Positions 1-10,283 of a DNA stretch of 64,000 bases are shown one piece after another (position 1 is the stretch's first letter; every line of letters starts with the position of its first letter). The notes below the pieces were generated by a model. The model was not told the DNA's origin and did no database searches. It worked only from the letters and a program-made list of their open reading frames with translations. The position numbers and the translations under genes were made by a program. This DNA is from Candidatus Undinarchaeota archaeon (lineage in GTDB: Archaea > SpSt-1190 > JASMDC01), in the NCBI GenBank assembly GCA_964519305.1, contig CAZFHY010000017.1, forward strand, positions 1-64,000. The letters run 5' to 3'.

Positions 1-267
1 GTTTCTTCTCAATCGCATCACACCTCAGTTTCATCTCATCAGGTTCAAATCCCGGACGGAACCCGTCCCATTCTTCAGTATGAGGCGTCCTCGCTTCCGC
101 GCTATCCCGGAAGGAGTGTTTGACCTCCCACAAGCCCCCAGGATAGCCCTAGACGCCCGTTATACCACTGACCTTCGCAGTGTGTTGTATTTTCCTGAAA
201 ACGCCTCTATCTGGCACCAGACGCACAGGCTCCAGATGGGGAGAAATAGTGGACAAGCCCACTCGGG

Positions 268-432
268 CGCTCAGACAGTATCGCTGCCGTTCCCCGCTAT
301 CTTGGCGAGTATCTGTAGCACCTTCGCCTTGTCCTTCGCCCCGTTCACGATGCCTTCTAGGACACCCGGCTGCTTGAGAAGCTCGTCGAATCCCTAGTCC
401 AGCCCGCTCCTATCCTCGTTCAGTGCCAGGGC
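268..432 (-). pseudogene. Degenerate copy of the integrase 3' end (direct repeat of 10281-10445)
   Basis: cgctcagacagtatcgctgccgttccccgctatcttggcgag... is near-identical at offset 10013; an in-frame AAG>TAG change (GACAAGGG>GACTAGGG on the minus strand) interrupts this copy. Confidence 0.9.
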
Positions 433-495
433 AGTTATCTGTACGCGCCTAACTTTCCCTTGGGCCTGTTCACGCCCACATAGCAGTCGTCGGAA

Positions 496-1779
496 TCATT
501 GTTGTTTGTTGAACTCTTCATCGGATCGGTCTGCAAAATTGTGTTCTAGCTCCTTCTTACGCTTCCCAAGGTAGATCGCAAGTCCACCGAACACCACAGA
601 TAGCACGAGGCCACCGTAGAACTTGATCTGAGCTCGGAGCATCCTGTCAGCGAGGGAGGATGCTGGGCTCTGAGGATTCTTACTCGGATTTGAAGCTAGG
701 ATTGCGCTCTGTTGAGCGTCCTCTATGAACTTAATTGCCGTCTCCTTGTAGGTCTCATTACCCGTCACGCGGTACGCTTCCGCATAGGCAATCACCATCC
801 ATGCCCAGTCCTTCATCGTGTCGCATGAGAAATCAGGATCCTGCTTGTCGACCTCAACATCCTGTCTTTCCAGAGCGCGCCCGTTAGGATTGCAGCTATA
901 CCTGATATTGGATGATAGGTGATGTTCGATCATCCTGCGGTACTCCTCCGCTTTCGTCGGATCTGAGGTACGCAATGACTCGTACGCCCGGAGCAGGGCC
1001 AGGGTCATCGCGGCATGGTCGAGAGGAGCGCTCCTGTACGTGGCTATGTCCTTCATCTCCCGTTCGGTCACATCCAGGAGAGATTTCGGCATCGATTTAC
1101 AGACATCAGCAATCCTATGATCCCCATCCAACTCGAGATAAATCCGAAGTTGCGGGCTCCACTTCGTGCATGCATCGTTGACCTCCCACAATCCCTTGAG
1201 GTACACTGCCTTGGAGAACGTAGAGTATATCCGTCCCCTTGAGAACTGGAGGAGTATGACTTCACTTGTCTCGATTGCATTGCTTAAGAGACCCTCGGTC
1301 CTTTGATAATCCAGCCCATCGTCAAATTCAGGTTTGTTTAGGTCGTACCTATAGCCATACATTCTGGGCATCAATCCGAGCATCTGACCCGTGTCATCTA
1401 CGGGGTCAGATGGAGATGTAAGGGGCATGTTCTCGGGCTCAATATCGTCCACATAGGTGACGTTGTTCGTTGCGTCGTACGTGTCCCACAGCGCAAGGAA
1501 GATCCCAATCCCCTCTTTCGAGGTCCCTGGTAACGTCTTGCTGAACGGTACGAAGTTTCGGATATGAGCCTCGGCGAGCATCCCGTAGGTCAGGTTGTCC
1601 GTGAGATGCTGGGCCCTCCAGAGCGCCTGAACGACATAGCCACGTGTCTGAAGATCGGTGCAGTTGTAGCCGCTGTACAGCGGATTGCATCGCTGGTCAA
1701 TGATACCGAGAGCACCGGTCATCAGAACGAACAGTAATAGAACGGTGGTGATGGTGGTTGAAACAACATTAGATATCAT
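496..1779 (-). CDS. Secreted, C-terminally membrane-anchored protein; possible (alpha/alpha)6-barrel glycosidase-like fold
   Basis: N-terminal hydrophobic signal; DHAAMTLALLRAY and DWAWMVIAYAEAYRVTGNETYKETA helical-hairpin motifs; C-terminal TM followed by KRKK. Confidence 0.7.
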   Translation of the reverse strand: MISNVVSTTITTVLLLFVLMTGALGIIDQRCNPLYSGYNCTDLQTRGYVVQALWRAQHLTDNLTYGMLAEAHIRNFVPFSKTLPGTSKEGIGIFLALWDTYDATNNVTYVDDIEPENMPLTSPSDPVDDTGQMLGLMPRMYGYRYDLNKPEFDDGLDYQRTEGLLSNAIETSEVILLQFSRGRIYSTFSKAVYLKGLWEVNDACTKWSPQLRIYLELDGDHRIADVCKSMPKSLLDVTEREMKDIATYRSAPLDHAAMTLALLRAYESLRTSDPTKAEEYRRMIEHHLSSNIRYSCNPNGRALERQDVEVDKQDPDFSCDTMKDWAWMVIAYAEAYRVTGNETYKETAIKFIEDAQQSAILASNPSKNPQSPASSLADRMLRAQIKFYGGLVLSVVFGGLAIYLGKRKKELEHNFADRSDEEFNKQQ

Positions 1780-2765
1780 GTATGTCCGTCACCCGTTGCG
1801 GGTACGAGGAGGGGTGTCTTCGCACCGTCGGCCTCCCCTTCAAATATCCACAGGGGAGCGATCACTCCTTCATTAATCTTTCCCCACGTCCCGACGCTGT
1901 ATCCCAGCTCGATGCCATCGACCCTTACCTTCTGGGGAACCTTCTTTCGTCCAACGATCTCTCCATCGAGCAGTCTCTTGTACGCGTTCTCTGCCGGATT
2001 GATATCCACCATCCCGATAGTCTCTAGATCGTTCCAGCTCCTCGACACGCGCTCGAAGCTCCCGTCGGGTAGGATCGAGAACACGGTGACGGCGTCCTCG
2101 ATGATCCTGGCGCCGTTGAGCACCCTGTGGAATCCAACATGAACTGCGCTCGTTGCGGTGTGTGTACCGTCGGTGCACCTGACATACCCGAAGCCGATAG
2201 TGTATTCACCCTCGGGCGGCATCCATCCCTGCCCCTCAAGGTACGTGCGCGCCGTGCGCACGGCCTGCTCCTTGTCGATTTTTATCCCGCTCCCGGGTTG
2301 ACAGGGTGGTTCCTTGAACGTCATATTGTCGAGCGTGAACGATCCGGTCATTGGATTCATAGCGAGGAAGAGCGATTCGTCTTTCGAAATCGCCCGACAC
2401 TTCATCTTCCCGTTCTCCTCGACACATCCCGACACGGAATCCGGGCCGAGGTCCGCTTCTTCCACCAGCTTGTCGAGATCCTCCTTCGTCCTTTCCTTCT
2501 GTTGTATCCTGTACACCATGGCACGGGATGGTCCCTTAGGAAAGGAGGCGTTCAACAGGACGGATGTCGCGGCAGCCTCACGTCCCTTCATAGTGGTTGA
2601 GCTGGGCGCAGATCCTACCAACGACCGCTCGAGCTTGATAGAGCTCATCTCGCTCCATCCGAGGGAGGCAACATACAATGACACTAATGCTAATATTACC
2701 ATGGCTTCGGCAGTGGCCCTTGATCCCGTTCTGAGATTGTTCAATCGCATAATTATCACCACCAA
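1776..2765 (-). CDS. Membrane-anchored extracellular hypothetical protein (YycI/YcdB-like)
   Basis: N-terminal TM; KEQAVRTARTYL, VGFHRVLNG and IELGY...PLWIFEG motifs; overlaps both neighbours (operon); alternative start 2750. Confidence 0.7.
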   Translation of the reverse strand: MVVIIMRLNNLRTGSRATAEAMVILALVSLYVASLGWSEMSSIKLERSLVGSAPSSTTMKGREAAATSVLLNASFPKGPSRAMVYRIQQKERTKEDLDKLVEEADLGPDSVSGCVEENGKMKCRAISKDESLFLAMNPMTGSFTLDNMTFKEPPCQPGSGIKIDKEQAVRTARTYLEGQGWMPPEGEYTIGFGYVRCTDGTHTATSAVHVGFHRVLNGARIIEDAVTVFSILPDGSFERVSRSWNDLETIGMVDINPAENAYKRLLDGEIVGRKKVPQKVRVDGIELGYSVGTWGKINEGVIAPLWIFEGEADGAKTPLLVPATGDGHT

Positions 2766-4222
2766 ATACTACTGCAATCGTACTCGGTCATCATGACAGT
2801 TCCGTTACCCTCCGGTTCTGTGCAGCTGCTACCCTGGCCATCGAGGTAGTCATCAAGGCACGTAGCATTCATATAAAGGGCTCGTGCGGTCTTGCCTGAT
2901 CCATATGCCCAATAGCATGCACCTCTCCAGGACTGCCATACTGGATAGACTGGATTTAGAATCCCATCGTCTATCATATAATCGGCCCAATACCCGGCAA
3001 ACACGTCACTATCCCCGACCTCAGTATCAAAACCCATTATCAGGTGAATACCGCTCATCGATTCACCCCACTCCTCCCAAGAGGTATCATTAAGTAGCAA
3101 ACAAGTATCGAATCCGATGTATTTCAAATTTCCACCGCTTGAGGTACCTAATGACACATTCTCAGGATGTACATAACGTGTAGTCCGCTTAATGTTAGCC
3201 AAAGTAAGCTTCAAGAGCGCATCGTCCTTATTTACATGTCCACAATAGTAACTCAATGCAGATCCATCGACACCGAGGGTAAGGTCCTCTCCGTACGATG
3301 CGTTCGTACTATCTATGAAGTCCATCTCCCAGACATCGCGATCCTCCCATCTGTGCAGCCTCGTCCAGTTGGAATCATTGTCGTCTATCTCGTCCTCGAA
3401 TGCGTCGGCACTATCGATGCACCCCGACAGTTCGACTGTCTCGTTACAATAACCGTCCAAGTTCTGGTCGCAGATGACCTCGAGTGTGTAGTTGCGTGGG
3501 TTTATGCTCTGCCGCTCCAAGGGATACCGGATCCAATAGAACTTGATACGCTTAGAAAATGGGGGAAAAGTTGTTGTATCATCCAAAGTCCATACCAATG
3601 TTGCTTCCTTTCCAGAGGCGGTGTCCTCCCAGTCGAAGACCTGGAAATCTATCCTGCGGTAATTCCCGTCCCGGACCTCGAGTGCATCCTGCCTCACATC
3701 CGACGGGAACTCGATCCTTGCACTGGCCGTCGTCCTGCCGCTCCACATCGTGTTCACCGAGACGGGTACTCTCCAGAACGAGGAATCCTTGTCTTTCGGG
3801 TCGATGTTCATGGTGAACGTCTTGTTCTGGTCTGTGAAGTTGGTACTATTAACGCGTAAGATAATCTGCTTATCTTCACCTATTCCAATCGCTTTAATCT
3901 TGAAAACCGCTATCGACTTGCTTTTTGGTCCAATAGTACCAAGTTGAACGAAGGTGTCGTTAGTCCAATTCCCCGTGACTGTCTTCGATGAGATAAATTC
4001 GAAGGTTGTGTGATTATACCCTTCATCGAGCGTTACCTGTACATCTTGATAGGAGTAAGTATCGTTTATGTTCCATACTCGGACTGCAAGCGTAAGATAG
4101 GTTGTTCGGGGAATTGGGTCATATTTACCCTCGGTGGGGGATGTCTCTATGGTATAGTCAACACCTACAGATAGATGAAAAATTAAGGCCGCGATTATTA
4201 TCGTTGTAACGATTCTTCCCAT
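2756..4222 (-). CDS. Secreted multidomain protein: Ig-like + DUF2341-like + DUF6345-like C-terminal domain
   Basis: GGAGGTGA SD before ATG 4222; signal peptide; GNLKYIGFDTCLLL...W....GIHLIMGF motif and upstream YYCGH; many N-x-S/T sequons. Confidence 0.7.
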   Translation of the reverse strand: MGRIVTTIIIAALIFHLSVGVDYTIETSPTEGKYDPIPRTTYLTLAVRVWNINDTYSYQDVQVTLDEGYNHTTFEFISSKTVTGNWTNDTFVQLGTIGPKSKSIAVFKIKAIGIGEDKQIILRVNSTNFTDQNKTFTMNIDPKDKDSSFWRVPVSVNTMWSGRTTASARIEFPSDVRQDALEVRDGNYRRIDFQVFDWEDTASGKEATLVWTLDDTTTFPPFSKRIKFYWIRYPLERQSINPRNYTLEVICDQNLDGYCNETVELSGCIDSADAFEDEIDDNDSNWTRLHRWEDRDVWEMDFIDSTNASYGEDLTLGVDGSALSYYCGHVNKDDALLKLTLANIKRTTRYVHPENVSLGTSSGGNLKYIGFDTCLLLNDTSWEEWGESMSGIHLIMGFDTEVGDSDVFAGYWADYMIDDGILNPVYPVWQSWRGACYWAYGSGKTARALYMNATCLDDYLDGQGSSCTEPEGNGTVMMTEYDCSSIWW

Positions 4223-4223
4223 G

Positions 4224-7200
4224 CTACTCACCTCCAACATCCCCCGTGCTCGTCTCTGGATCACCTATCGCCACCTCGATATTGACAGGGATCACTGAAC
4301 CTGCAGTACCGTTCCCCATCAATCCCGCTTCATCCTTCATACGGAAGTGGATGTAATAGTCCTGCACCCAATCCAGGCTCGCTGTATTATTCGTCACCCA
4401 CTCGGTGTTCCACACCGCCGAGCACGAGCGGTCCGTACTGTTGGAGTCCCAGCTGCGTATCCCGCGGTCTGCATAATTGGAGCTGGACCCCCCGCTGCCG
4501 GTGACGGAACCGGAGCCGGAGGATCCGGGCTCATACGCGTCTTCGTCGGTTGGTGCGCCCGCCCAGATGACATAGTGCTCGTCGTCCACGCCACCGTAGC
4601 GTGCATCGAGGGAGATTACCTTCGAGGTGGTTCCCGTGACGCCGTATCCGGACAGCGTCGACTCCACCCAATCAGCTGAGCTGATAGGGATGTCATTAAT
4701 GTCGATGGTGCCATAGGCAGGCCTGTTGTTGTCCTCGAAATAGACGCGATATCCGTGTGAGTTGTAGTCGTAATCCCGCTGGCTCACGTTGTACGTTCGG
4801 GCCGGTTCGTTCCATGCGTTCCCCGATGAGCGCCAGATGAGATAGGTACTATCGTCCGTGACGGTCGCGTTGTACTGCCAGTACACCTCTCCCGATCCGT
4901 GCTCCTCGCGCAGGACGATTGCGTACTTCACATCGGACGTTAGCTCGATGAGCTCGTCGAACCTGACGGGCACCCATTCCTCGCACCCCGCGGCGCAGAG
5001 AGGGAGGTCCGACACGGGCACGCGCGCTTCCACGTATATGTTCTCCCGGGGCATGAAGTCCACGGGCCCATCTACGTAGACCTTGAGCGTGTGGATGCTG
5101 TCAGCAAGCCAGTCCGTCCCGTTCCAGTACCAGCCGAATATCCCGTCGCCGGCGCTACCGTACGCCCCCCACACGTACCTGTTGTCGTAATCCCCGCCGT
5201 CGAGCTCCTGCTTGAGGACGACGGTGTACCAGGTGCCTGCCGTCAGCGTTGGGGCTTCCTCATCGGTTATGTTGACGTAGAGCCATTGATAGCTCTCCGT
5301 GACGTCATCTTCATGGATGGTGCCGCGGGCAAGGTACGTACCCTCGACAGGCTGCCCAGTCGTCGGATTCGCCGCCCTGACCTCGACGGTCAGGTTGTTG
5401 GGGCTCCCGACCTTCTTGATGTACACGCCCGCCCTGTCGAGCTTGGTGCCGACCTTGGTATAGAACGTATTAGCGCCGTACCTCGTTCCATATACGTTCC
5501 CGTAATCCGTAGCGGTCGTGTAACTGTAGGCGAGGACGTCGGTGTCACCCGCCGTCCCCTGGATGCTAACTAGCAGGTCGCTACCGCCAGCCGAGGCGCT
5601 CCCGTGGAGCAGCAGCTCGACGCGGTCGACATAACCAGTTGAGTTGGGTGTGAACACCTGCCCGCGATACGATCTGTCCTTGATGACTGCCTCAGCGCTC
5701 GTGGTCGTTGAAGAGGAATCGAGCGTCCCGCCCGAGGGTGCGTCGGGATTACCGTCATAGTCGTCATCGTCGTGGAGGGATACGTAAAGCGCCGTGGGTG
5801 TGTTACTGTTCTTGTTGAACACCTTGAAGTTGTAGCTGTAATCGGACGCCGTCGTCCAGCTCCCACCAGAATCGGTCGTATAGAAGTAGTTGCCCCTCGT
5901 GTATACGTCCACTGTGTCCGAGGAGCGCCGCCAGTTGTACCGGTTGGACGAATCGCCACCGTCCTCGTCCTGGCGTATTACTATGGCATAGAGCTTGTGT
6001 GCGGAAAGCCAGCTGGTGGTGCTGTCGAACGTCGCTGTGATCCATCCGTACGATGTGTCGATGTCCGACACAGTGACATTCGCCGTCGCGAGCGTCGTAT
6101 TCGTCATGTCCCCGCACTCTTCCGGGTTCTTGCAGTCGTCGTCATCGCGAGATATATTGCGTATCTCAACGATAAGGTTCCCGGTCGGTGAGCCCGTCTT
6201 GGACACTTCGAGGTCGACCTCGTGGGCTTTTATCCTGTTCTGTGGTCGGAACGCAGCGGCATGATACACACCGCTATAGATCCATGCACTCCCTGCGCCG
6301 TCCACGTCGTTCCCCTCGTCGATCCACCGGCCGTCCTCGTCGTTGTAGTAGGTGCGGAACGTCTGGTCGTAGTACTCCGTTCCAGAGTCGAAATCGGTCC
6401 ATCCAGAGCCCGTGTCCTTGACCAGCTGCCCGCCCGAGTAGCTGTCCGACGCGGCGAACTTGTACCGCCACTTCATCGAGTTACTGTCGTTGGGGCAGTC
6501 CGGGCACTTCAGGACGACAGCGTACTTAGTGCCCAATGTGAGATACGGTGGATCCGGGAACACTACTTCGAACCAGGCCTCAGAGCTCGGTATCTCGGAC
6601 CGGAGGAAGCTCCGCGACACCAGCGGTGCGCCCGTGGGGTATCCGCTCCCGTCGGTAGAATAGACCGAAACGTTTAGCTCGTGACTGCTGCCCGTACCGT
6701 ACTCGTAGATGTAGAGTTCGACCTGGGGCAGGTACGCGGTCTCGCCCGGAGTGAAAGTCTGCCCGTAGTGTCGCGAACCGTAGACGGATGATGTGTGCGT
6801 GTAGCCCTCCTGTGACTGGTCTAGAACGGGGTAGAAACGTCTCAACTGAAGCATGACCTTCTCGGCGTTGTACACCCCCTTGCCGTTGGTGATTATGAAG
6901 GCACGATCGGCGTTGGCGTCAGTGTCGGACCACCCTGCACCGCCCGCGTTTGTAAGGAACTTCCCGCCCGTGTACGTGTCCGCCGCGGTGTCTGAGCCCC
7001 ACCCAGACCACACTTCTGTATCGGCGTCTGCGACCTCGAGGACGATGCAGTACTGGCTCCCGCTCGTAAGCGATGCGGACAGCCCCGACGCTATGACCCA
7101 CTGCGCCGAGGCGCCCACGTCGCCCGAACCTACACTTACCTTCGAGAGGAGGGAGTCGGGCTCGTCGTCGTCGTCCGTGTCAGAGTAGATACTGACGTTC

Positions 7201-8258
7201 AGCGACTCTGAGGGCGTCCCGTCCCGACTGAGGACGAGGGCGACACGGTCCATGGTGTACGTGCCACCGGCGGTGAACGATTGGGAGAGCTTCGTGTTGG
7301 CGCCGGATCCGGCGATCCACGCCCGGAACGCGCGGTCGTCGTTGTCGTACACATACCATGTCGATCCGCCGTTCGATGTGAAGAGGAAGTCGCCCTCGTC
7401 GTAGCAGTCCGCCCCGCCAGCGCAACCCCGCCACCGGTAGTGGTTGTCTGCATCCCCGCCACCGTTCTCGGTCTTGATGTAAACTACATATCCGTTCCCG
7501 GATGTGAGTGTATAAGGGCTCGCAAATGTGGCGTTCACCCAGCTGCCGTCGGTCGACGTGTCCGCCTTCGCGATGATCGTCGACGCCAGTAGCGAACCGG
7601 TGGGCTTGTGACTGCCGTCCGCTGCGTAAAGTCGCACCTCGAGGTCGTCCGATAGCGACGAGTACTCGTACCGTTTGATGTACATCTCCATCTTCAGGAG
7701 GTCGCCTGATGTCGTGGGCTCGAAGTACTGGCCCGCGTACCGGTTTCCGTAGGTAGATGCTCCAGACGAACTTGTGTCCGAGTCCTGCTTCACGTCAAGC
7801 TCGGCACCTCCTGCAGATGCGAAGTCCTGCTCATCGTCCGTCTCCGCGCTCTGGGTCTGATCTGCGCCAGCGACGAAGCTCTGTGTCAGTCTGTCGTGCA
7901 AGGAGGTGAGGGCGGTCTCGTCGGCGAGCGAGTCCACCTGTCCCTGGTCCTCGGTTATGGATGGGGCGGTCTCGGTGACGTTGTCCGAGGTCCAGTCAGA
8001 TGTGCACGTCGTGTCCGAGGTAGAGATGCACCACTCGCACGTTCCGAACTGGATGGCGGTATCGTCCGATACCTCGGCGGAGAGTGTAACCGTGTCCTTC
8101 ACCTGGGTCTCGGGCTCGTCCACTGTGACCGTGGGATCTGTCGTGTCAGCACAGACCGCAGGCACTGCGACCAATAATAGAAGACCTACTGCGATGATGG
8201 GAACCCACCTCCGGGACCGCGACATACCTATGGCTGGAAACGAATAACGTGCTGACAT
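4224..8258 (-). CDS. Giant acidic secreted surface protein with ~7 copies of a beta-rich repeat (Q-x-F-x-P/A...V-x-L...W...Y-x-IVL) and a split Ig-like domain
   Basis: Long ORF (track 4224-8279; ATG 8258 likely); signal peptide ending AVCA; repeated QSFVAG/GQYFEP/QSFTAG/GQTFTP/AAFRP/GQVFTP/NTFYT motifs. Confidence 0.85.
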   Translation of the reverse strand: MSARYSFPAIGMSRSRRWVPIIAVGLLLLVAVPAVCADTTDPTVTVDEPETQVKDTVTLSAEVSDDTAIQFGTCEWCISTSDTTCTSDWTSDNVTETAPSITEDQGQVDSLADETALTSLHDRLTQSFVAGADQTQSAETDDEQDFASAGGAELDVKQDSDTSSSGASTYGNRYAGQYFEPTTSGDLLKMEMYIKRYEYSSLSDDLEVRLYAADGSHKPTGSLLASTIIAKADTSTDGSWVNATFASPYTLTSGNGYVVYIKTENGGGDADNHYRWRGCAGGADCYDEGDFLFTSNGGSTWYVYDNDDRAFRAWIAGSGANTKLSQSFTAGGTYTMDRVALVLSRDGTPSESLNVSIYSDTDDDDEPDSLLSKVSVGSGDVGASAQWVIASGLSASLTSGSQYCIVLEVADADTEVWSGWGSDTAADTYTGGKFLTNAGGAGWSDTDANADRAFIITNGKGVYNAEKVMLQLRRFYPVLDQSQEGYTHTSSVYGSRHYGQTFTPGETAYLPQVELYIYEYGTGSSHELNVSVYSTDGSGYPTGAPLVSRSFLRSEIPSSEAWFEVVFPDPPYLTLGTKYAVVLKCPDCPNDSNSMKWRYKFAASDSYSGGQLVKDTGSGWTDFDSGTEYYDQTFRTYYNDEDGRWIDEGNDVDGAGSAWIYSGVYHAAAFRPQNRIKAHEVDLEVSKTGSPTGNLIVEIRNISRDDDDCKNPEECGDMTNTTLATANVTVSDIDTSYGWITATFDSTTSWLSAHKLYAIVIRQDEDGGDSSNRYNWRRSSDTVDVYTRGNYFYTTDSGGSWTTASDYSYNFKVFNKNSNTPTALYVSLHDDDDYDGNPDAPSGGTLDSSSTTTSAEAVIKDRSYRGQVFTPNSTGYVDRVELLLHGSASAGGSDLLVSIQGTAGDTDVLAYSYTTATDYGNVYGTRYGANTFYTKVGTKLDRAGVYIKKVGSPNNLTVEVRAANPTTGQPVEGTYLARGTIHEDDVTESYQWLYVNITDEEAPTLTAGTWYTVVLKQELDGGDYDNRYVWGAYGSAGDGIFGWYWNGTDWLADSIHTLKVYVDGPVDFMPRENIYVEARVPVSDLPLCAAGCEEWVPVRFDELIELTSDVKYAIVLREEHGSGEVYWQYNATVTDDSTYLIWRSSGNAWNEPARTYNVSQRDYDYNSHGYRVYFEDNNRPAYGTIDINDIPISSADWVESTLSGYGVTGTTSKVISLDARYGGVDDEHYVIWAGAPTDEDAYEPGSSGSGSVTGSGGSSSNYADRGIRSWDSNSTDRSCSAVWNTEWVTNNTASLDWVQDYYIHFRMKDEAGLMGNGTAGSVIPVNIEVAIGDPETSTGDVGGE

Positions 8259-8652
8259 GACCTTTTCCCCCCTTTTCACACCTGCTGGACCGAACCCCTC
8301 TCACGAGAAGCTCTCGGGTGAAAGGGTTGGGCCGCCCGACCACTCTCCACTACGTCGATAGTCGATGTTTGGCGCGGGCGGCGCCCTTCCCCCCAGGTCG
8401 ATAGACCTTACTGAATGTCCATGATATCTAGTCGCTTCGATATTAAATAATTATCTCAATATTCAAAAAATGTGCAAATTAAACGTATTCTTCGACAATT
8501 ATCATTAAAATGCCGGTGTTTTACGAATTAGTGATAAAATCCATAATCCATATATAGTTGGAGCGCTCAATAATGAAAGGTATATTGGGGGGATAGGAAA
8601 AAACGACAATCGTCGTAGTATATCGAACGTTGTCAGGATAAGGGGGGATGAA

Positions 8653-9318
8653 ATGATGACGGAATGCTGCGTATGCGGCGGATCGCTGGTGGAGGGGTGT
8701 ACGTGCTCCGATCAGGGTAGTACGGTCGGGACCGTCAGGCCCACTTTCAGGGAGAGGCTGCCGAGAGAGATAGCGCTCGCAGGGCTCCATGCGAGGGCGA
8801 TGGAACTGATAGGGCCGGACGTGCGAACAATCGCGGACCTCGGTTGCGGACAGGGACACCTTACTATGCATCTGCGGGGCACCTACGAAGTTGCCCCCTT
8901 CGATATCAACACAGACCAGTACAAGTTGAGATGGCCGCACGTCCGCAGGCTTGACCTCAACAGGGACCACATCCCCGCAAGGGAACTCGACTGCATCCTC
9001 TGCCTAGAGGTAATCGAGCATCTGGAGAATCCGTACAAGCTAGTCCGCGACTGCCACGCAGCACTGCGGGACGGAGGCGAGCTCATCATCTCCACTCCCA
9101 ACCTCCACAGTTTGAAGTCGCGGTTGTTGTACCTGTTCACGGGCCGGTTCAATGCGTTCCAGGACATGGATCTGTACAGGAGCGGGCATATCAATCCCAT
9201 CCAGTTCTGGGAACTCCAGCACATCCTCGATATCTGTGGTTTCGACATCGACACGGTGGATTGTCGCATGTACCGGCAACTCGTGATTGTCGTGAAGGCT
9301 ACCAAGCGGAGTGGATGA
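8653..9318 (+). CDS. Class I SAM-dependent methyltransferase
   Basis: ADLGCGQG, CLEVIEHLENP and LIISTPN motifs. Confidence 0.9.
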   Translation: MMTECCVCGGSLVEGCTCSDQGSTVGTVRPTFRERLPREIALAGLHARAMELIGPDVRTIADLGCGQGHLTMHLRGTYEVAPFDINTDQYKLRWPHVRRLDLNRDHIPARELDCILCLEVIEHLENPYKLVRDCHAALRDGGELIISTPNLHSLKSRLLYLFTGRFNAFQDMDLYRSGHINPIQFWELQHILDICGFDIDTVDCRMYRQLVIVVKATKRSG

Positions 9319-9477
9319 GTGCGATTCATTGAGGATTATTGGATCATAATGGGGATGGAAATCGTCCTGATTGACGGCTGACCGTTCAATCAACTTGTAC
9401 AAATGAGGGAAGGAAAATGGACTCGCCATTAAGAGGCAGGAGGAATCCAGCATCGCGGAGTGCGACTTGGGGGTGGT

Positions 9478-10257
9478 ATGATGGGACACGAGACTAACGC
9501 GGCCGAAGCGGTGCATTGGTATCGTGACCATCCCGATTACTTCGTCCGTCACGTGGACCTTGCTCAAGAGCTGCACTCAAGCCGGTTCATCCGACTCGTG
9601 AACAGCTGCGGTGGTGGGCGCGTGTTGGACGTCGGCTGTGGTGCGGGGGGAGTGCTCGCAGCCTTGGACGGCGAGCGTGTGGGTGTGGACGTATCCCTCG
9701 TCGCATTGGCGATGGCGCGTGAGCGCGCTGGTGCCCTGGTAGTGGCGGGCGATGCATCCCACCTCCCGTTCGAGGACGGCAGCTTCGACGTTGTGTGCTC
9801 GAACTCCGTGCTCGAGCACCTGGTGGACCCGGCAGCAGCGCTGGGAGAGATGGTGCGGGTGGTGCGCCCGGGAGGATGCATCGTGGTGCGGACCAATAAC
9901 GAGCTGCGACTTACCCGGATGAAGTCGCTGGAGGGGATCCGCGCTTTCCTGCACATCCTGTCGTCCACGCTCCACGGCAAGTTGCTAGTACACCGCTCAG
10001 AGGCCATGGACCACGGTTTCGAGACGGATGACGACGACCAGGTGTGCGATGTCAACAACCACTTTGTGTTCACCGTCCTGGCGCGGCTGCCGGTGGAGCT
10101 CGTGGTATTCCATCCCTTCGAAGCTGAGGAGCGGCTGCATGGTCCCAAACGTACATTGGTGCACGCGCTCACTCCGCTCTTCCGCCTCCCGGTGCTGCGC
10201 GATCTCTCGGGCGAGCTCACTCTCGTGGCCAGGCGTCCAGCGTTAACTTCACATTAG
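9478..10257 (+). CDS. Class I SAM-dependent methyltransferase
   Basis: VLDVGCGAG, GDASHLPF, SVLEHL and RVVRPGG motifs; ATG 9478 likely. Confidence 0.9.
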   Translation: MMGHETNAAEAVHWYRDHPDYFVRHVDLAQELHSSRFIRLVNSCGGGRVLDVGCGAGGVLAALDGERVGVDVSLVALAMARERAGALVVAGDASHLPFEDGSFDVVCSNSVLEHLVDPAAALGEMVRVVRPGGCIVVRTNNELRLTRMKSLEGIRAFLHILSSTLHGKLLVHRSEAMDHGFETDDDDQVCDVNNHFVFTVLARLPVELVVFHPFEAEERLHGPKRTLVHALTPLFRLPVLRDLSGELTLVARRPALTSH

Positions 10258-10283
10258 GCTATCTTTCCGGTCCGCCCGGTCGC

